A stretch of 64,000 nucleotides of DNA. Source: Candidatus Hydrothermia bacterium. Lineage in GTDB: Bacteria > Hydrothermota > Hydrothermia > UBA1063. Location of the stretch: NCBI GenBank assembly GCA_049719805.1, contig JBNARF010000002.1, positions 342,628-406,627 on the forward strand, in the 5' to 3' direction. Within the stretch, counting starts at the first letter, position 1. Every line of letters starts with the position of its first letter. The notes under the pieces were generated by a model. It did no database searches. It was not told the origin of the DNA and was given only the letters and a program-made list of their open reading frames with translations. The position numbers and the translations under genes were made by a program. Positions 63,544 through 64,000 of the stretch are shown piece by piece.

Positions 63544-63572
63544 TAGAAAATTCTCAATTTTAGCGTTATAAT
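63544..63572 (+). promoter_or_regulatory. candidate promoter giving a near-leaderless uvrA mRNA
   Basis: TAGAAA (63544-63549), 17 nt, TATAAT (63567-63572), 9 nt, ATG 63582. No SD. Confidence 0.35.
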
Positions 63573-63581
63573 AGAAGCACT

Positions 63582-64000
63582 ATGAGGGATGATAAAATTG
63601 TTGTTAAGGGCGCGCGGGTTCACAATCTGAAGAACATCGATGTTGAAATTCCAAAGTATAAATTTGTTGTTATTACGGGCGTTTCTGGTTCTGGAAAGTC
63701 CTCCCTGGCTTTTGATACTATTTACGCTGAGGGGCAGAGAAGATATGTAGAATCTCTTTCTTCTTACGCCAGACAATTTTTAGGGTTGATGGAGAAACCC
63801 GACGTTGATTTCATAGAAGGATTATCACCGGCCATCTCAATTGAACAGAGGAAAGGGGGCTGGAATCCCCGTTCCACGGTAGGAACCGTAACAGAGATTT
63901 ATGATTATTTAAGACTGTTGTTCGCAAGAGTTGGAGTACCTTATTGTATTTATCACGACATTCCCTTGGTTAAAAAAAGCCTGGATGAGATTGTTGAAGA
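63582..64000 (+). CDS. uvrA: excinuclease ABC subunit A, N-terminal fragment (continues beyond window)
   Basis: [68 protein letters not shown] is the conserved UvrA N-terminus. The frame is open to the window end. Confidence 0.95.
   Translation, partial: MRDDKIVVKGARVHNLKNIDVEIPKYKFVVITGVSGSGKSSLAFDTIYAEGQRRYVESLSSYARQFLGLMEKPDVDFIEGLSPAISIEQRKGGWNPRSTVGTVTEIYDYLRLLFARVGVPYCIYHDIPLVKKSLDEIVE

Noticed and set aside
63528-63776. 82-aa minus-strand ORF
   Set aside because: Antisense to the uvrA N-terminus, which is conserved almost residue by residue ([23 protein letters not shown]).

Overview
AT-rich, very compact bacterial chromosome segment. It holds about 75 protein genes and 4 tRNAs, and I saw no rRNA, CRISPR array or mobile element. 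All calls come from reading the supplied translations and the DNA by eye; no database search was run.

Layout:
- 1-8.8 kb: distal spc operon plus alpha operon (rplE fragment, rpsN, rpsH, rplF, rplR, rpsE, rpmD, rplO, secY, adk, map, infA, rpmJ, rpsM, rpsK, rpsD, rpoA, rplQ), closed by a clean terminator.
- 8.9-16.9 kb: iorAB, rnfCDGEAB and an rseC-like gene as one tightly spaced block.
- 16.9-24.9 kb: two divergently transcribed giant signalling proteins with the same AAA_16/STAND plus TPR chassis. One has an N-terminal GGDEF domain, the other a class III nucleotide cyclase. They bracket DUF167, PAP2 and half-size TauE genes.
- 25-49 kb: housekeeping and metabolism (orphan sucD, nadC-nadX, tldD, apbE, fumarase beta, guaB, purE-purC, mtgA, a ClpC-like gene, split nadE plus nitrilase-like glutaminase, polA). 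Also here are tRNA-Glu, tRNA-Gln and tRNA-Lys, a GAF/HD-GYP gene interrupted by an in-frame TAA, a coiled-coil/TM/beta-propeller protein, and a DOMON plus 4-TM pair.
- 49.3-55.8 kb: the most system-like region. An operon of FIST protein, PAS histidine kinase, a receiver-DUF4388-acidic-Roadblock protein and an MglA-type GTPase converges on pilT-mglB.
- 55.8-61.8 kb: a six-gene minus-strand operon (ttcA-like, M23 peptidase, amidohydrolase, M50 protease, flavoprotein, der).
- 62.4-63.6 kb: an unusually gene-poor stretch holding tRNA-Phe and a tiny membrane ORF, followed by the start of uvrA.

Recurrent sequence-level theme: canonical TTGACT-17-TATAAT promoters placed 6-9 nt upstream of ATG codons, which suggests many leaderless first genes. 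Internal operon genes instead carry strong AGGAGG Shine-Dalgarno sites.

The gene content (Rnf, Ior, aspartate dehydrogenase, Zn-ribbon ribosomal proteins, beta-barrel OMPs ending in Phe) suggests an anaerobic diderm, possibly a thermophile. I cannot assign a taxon.
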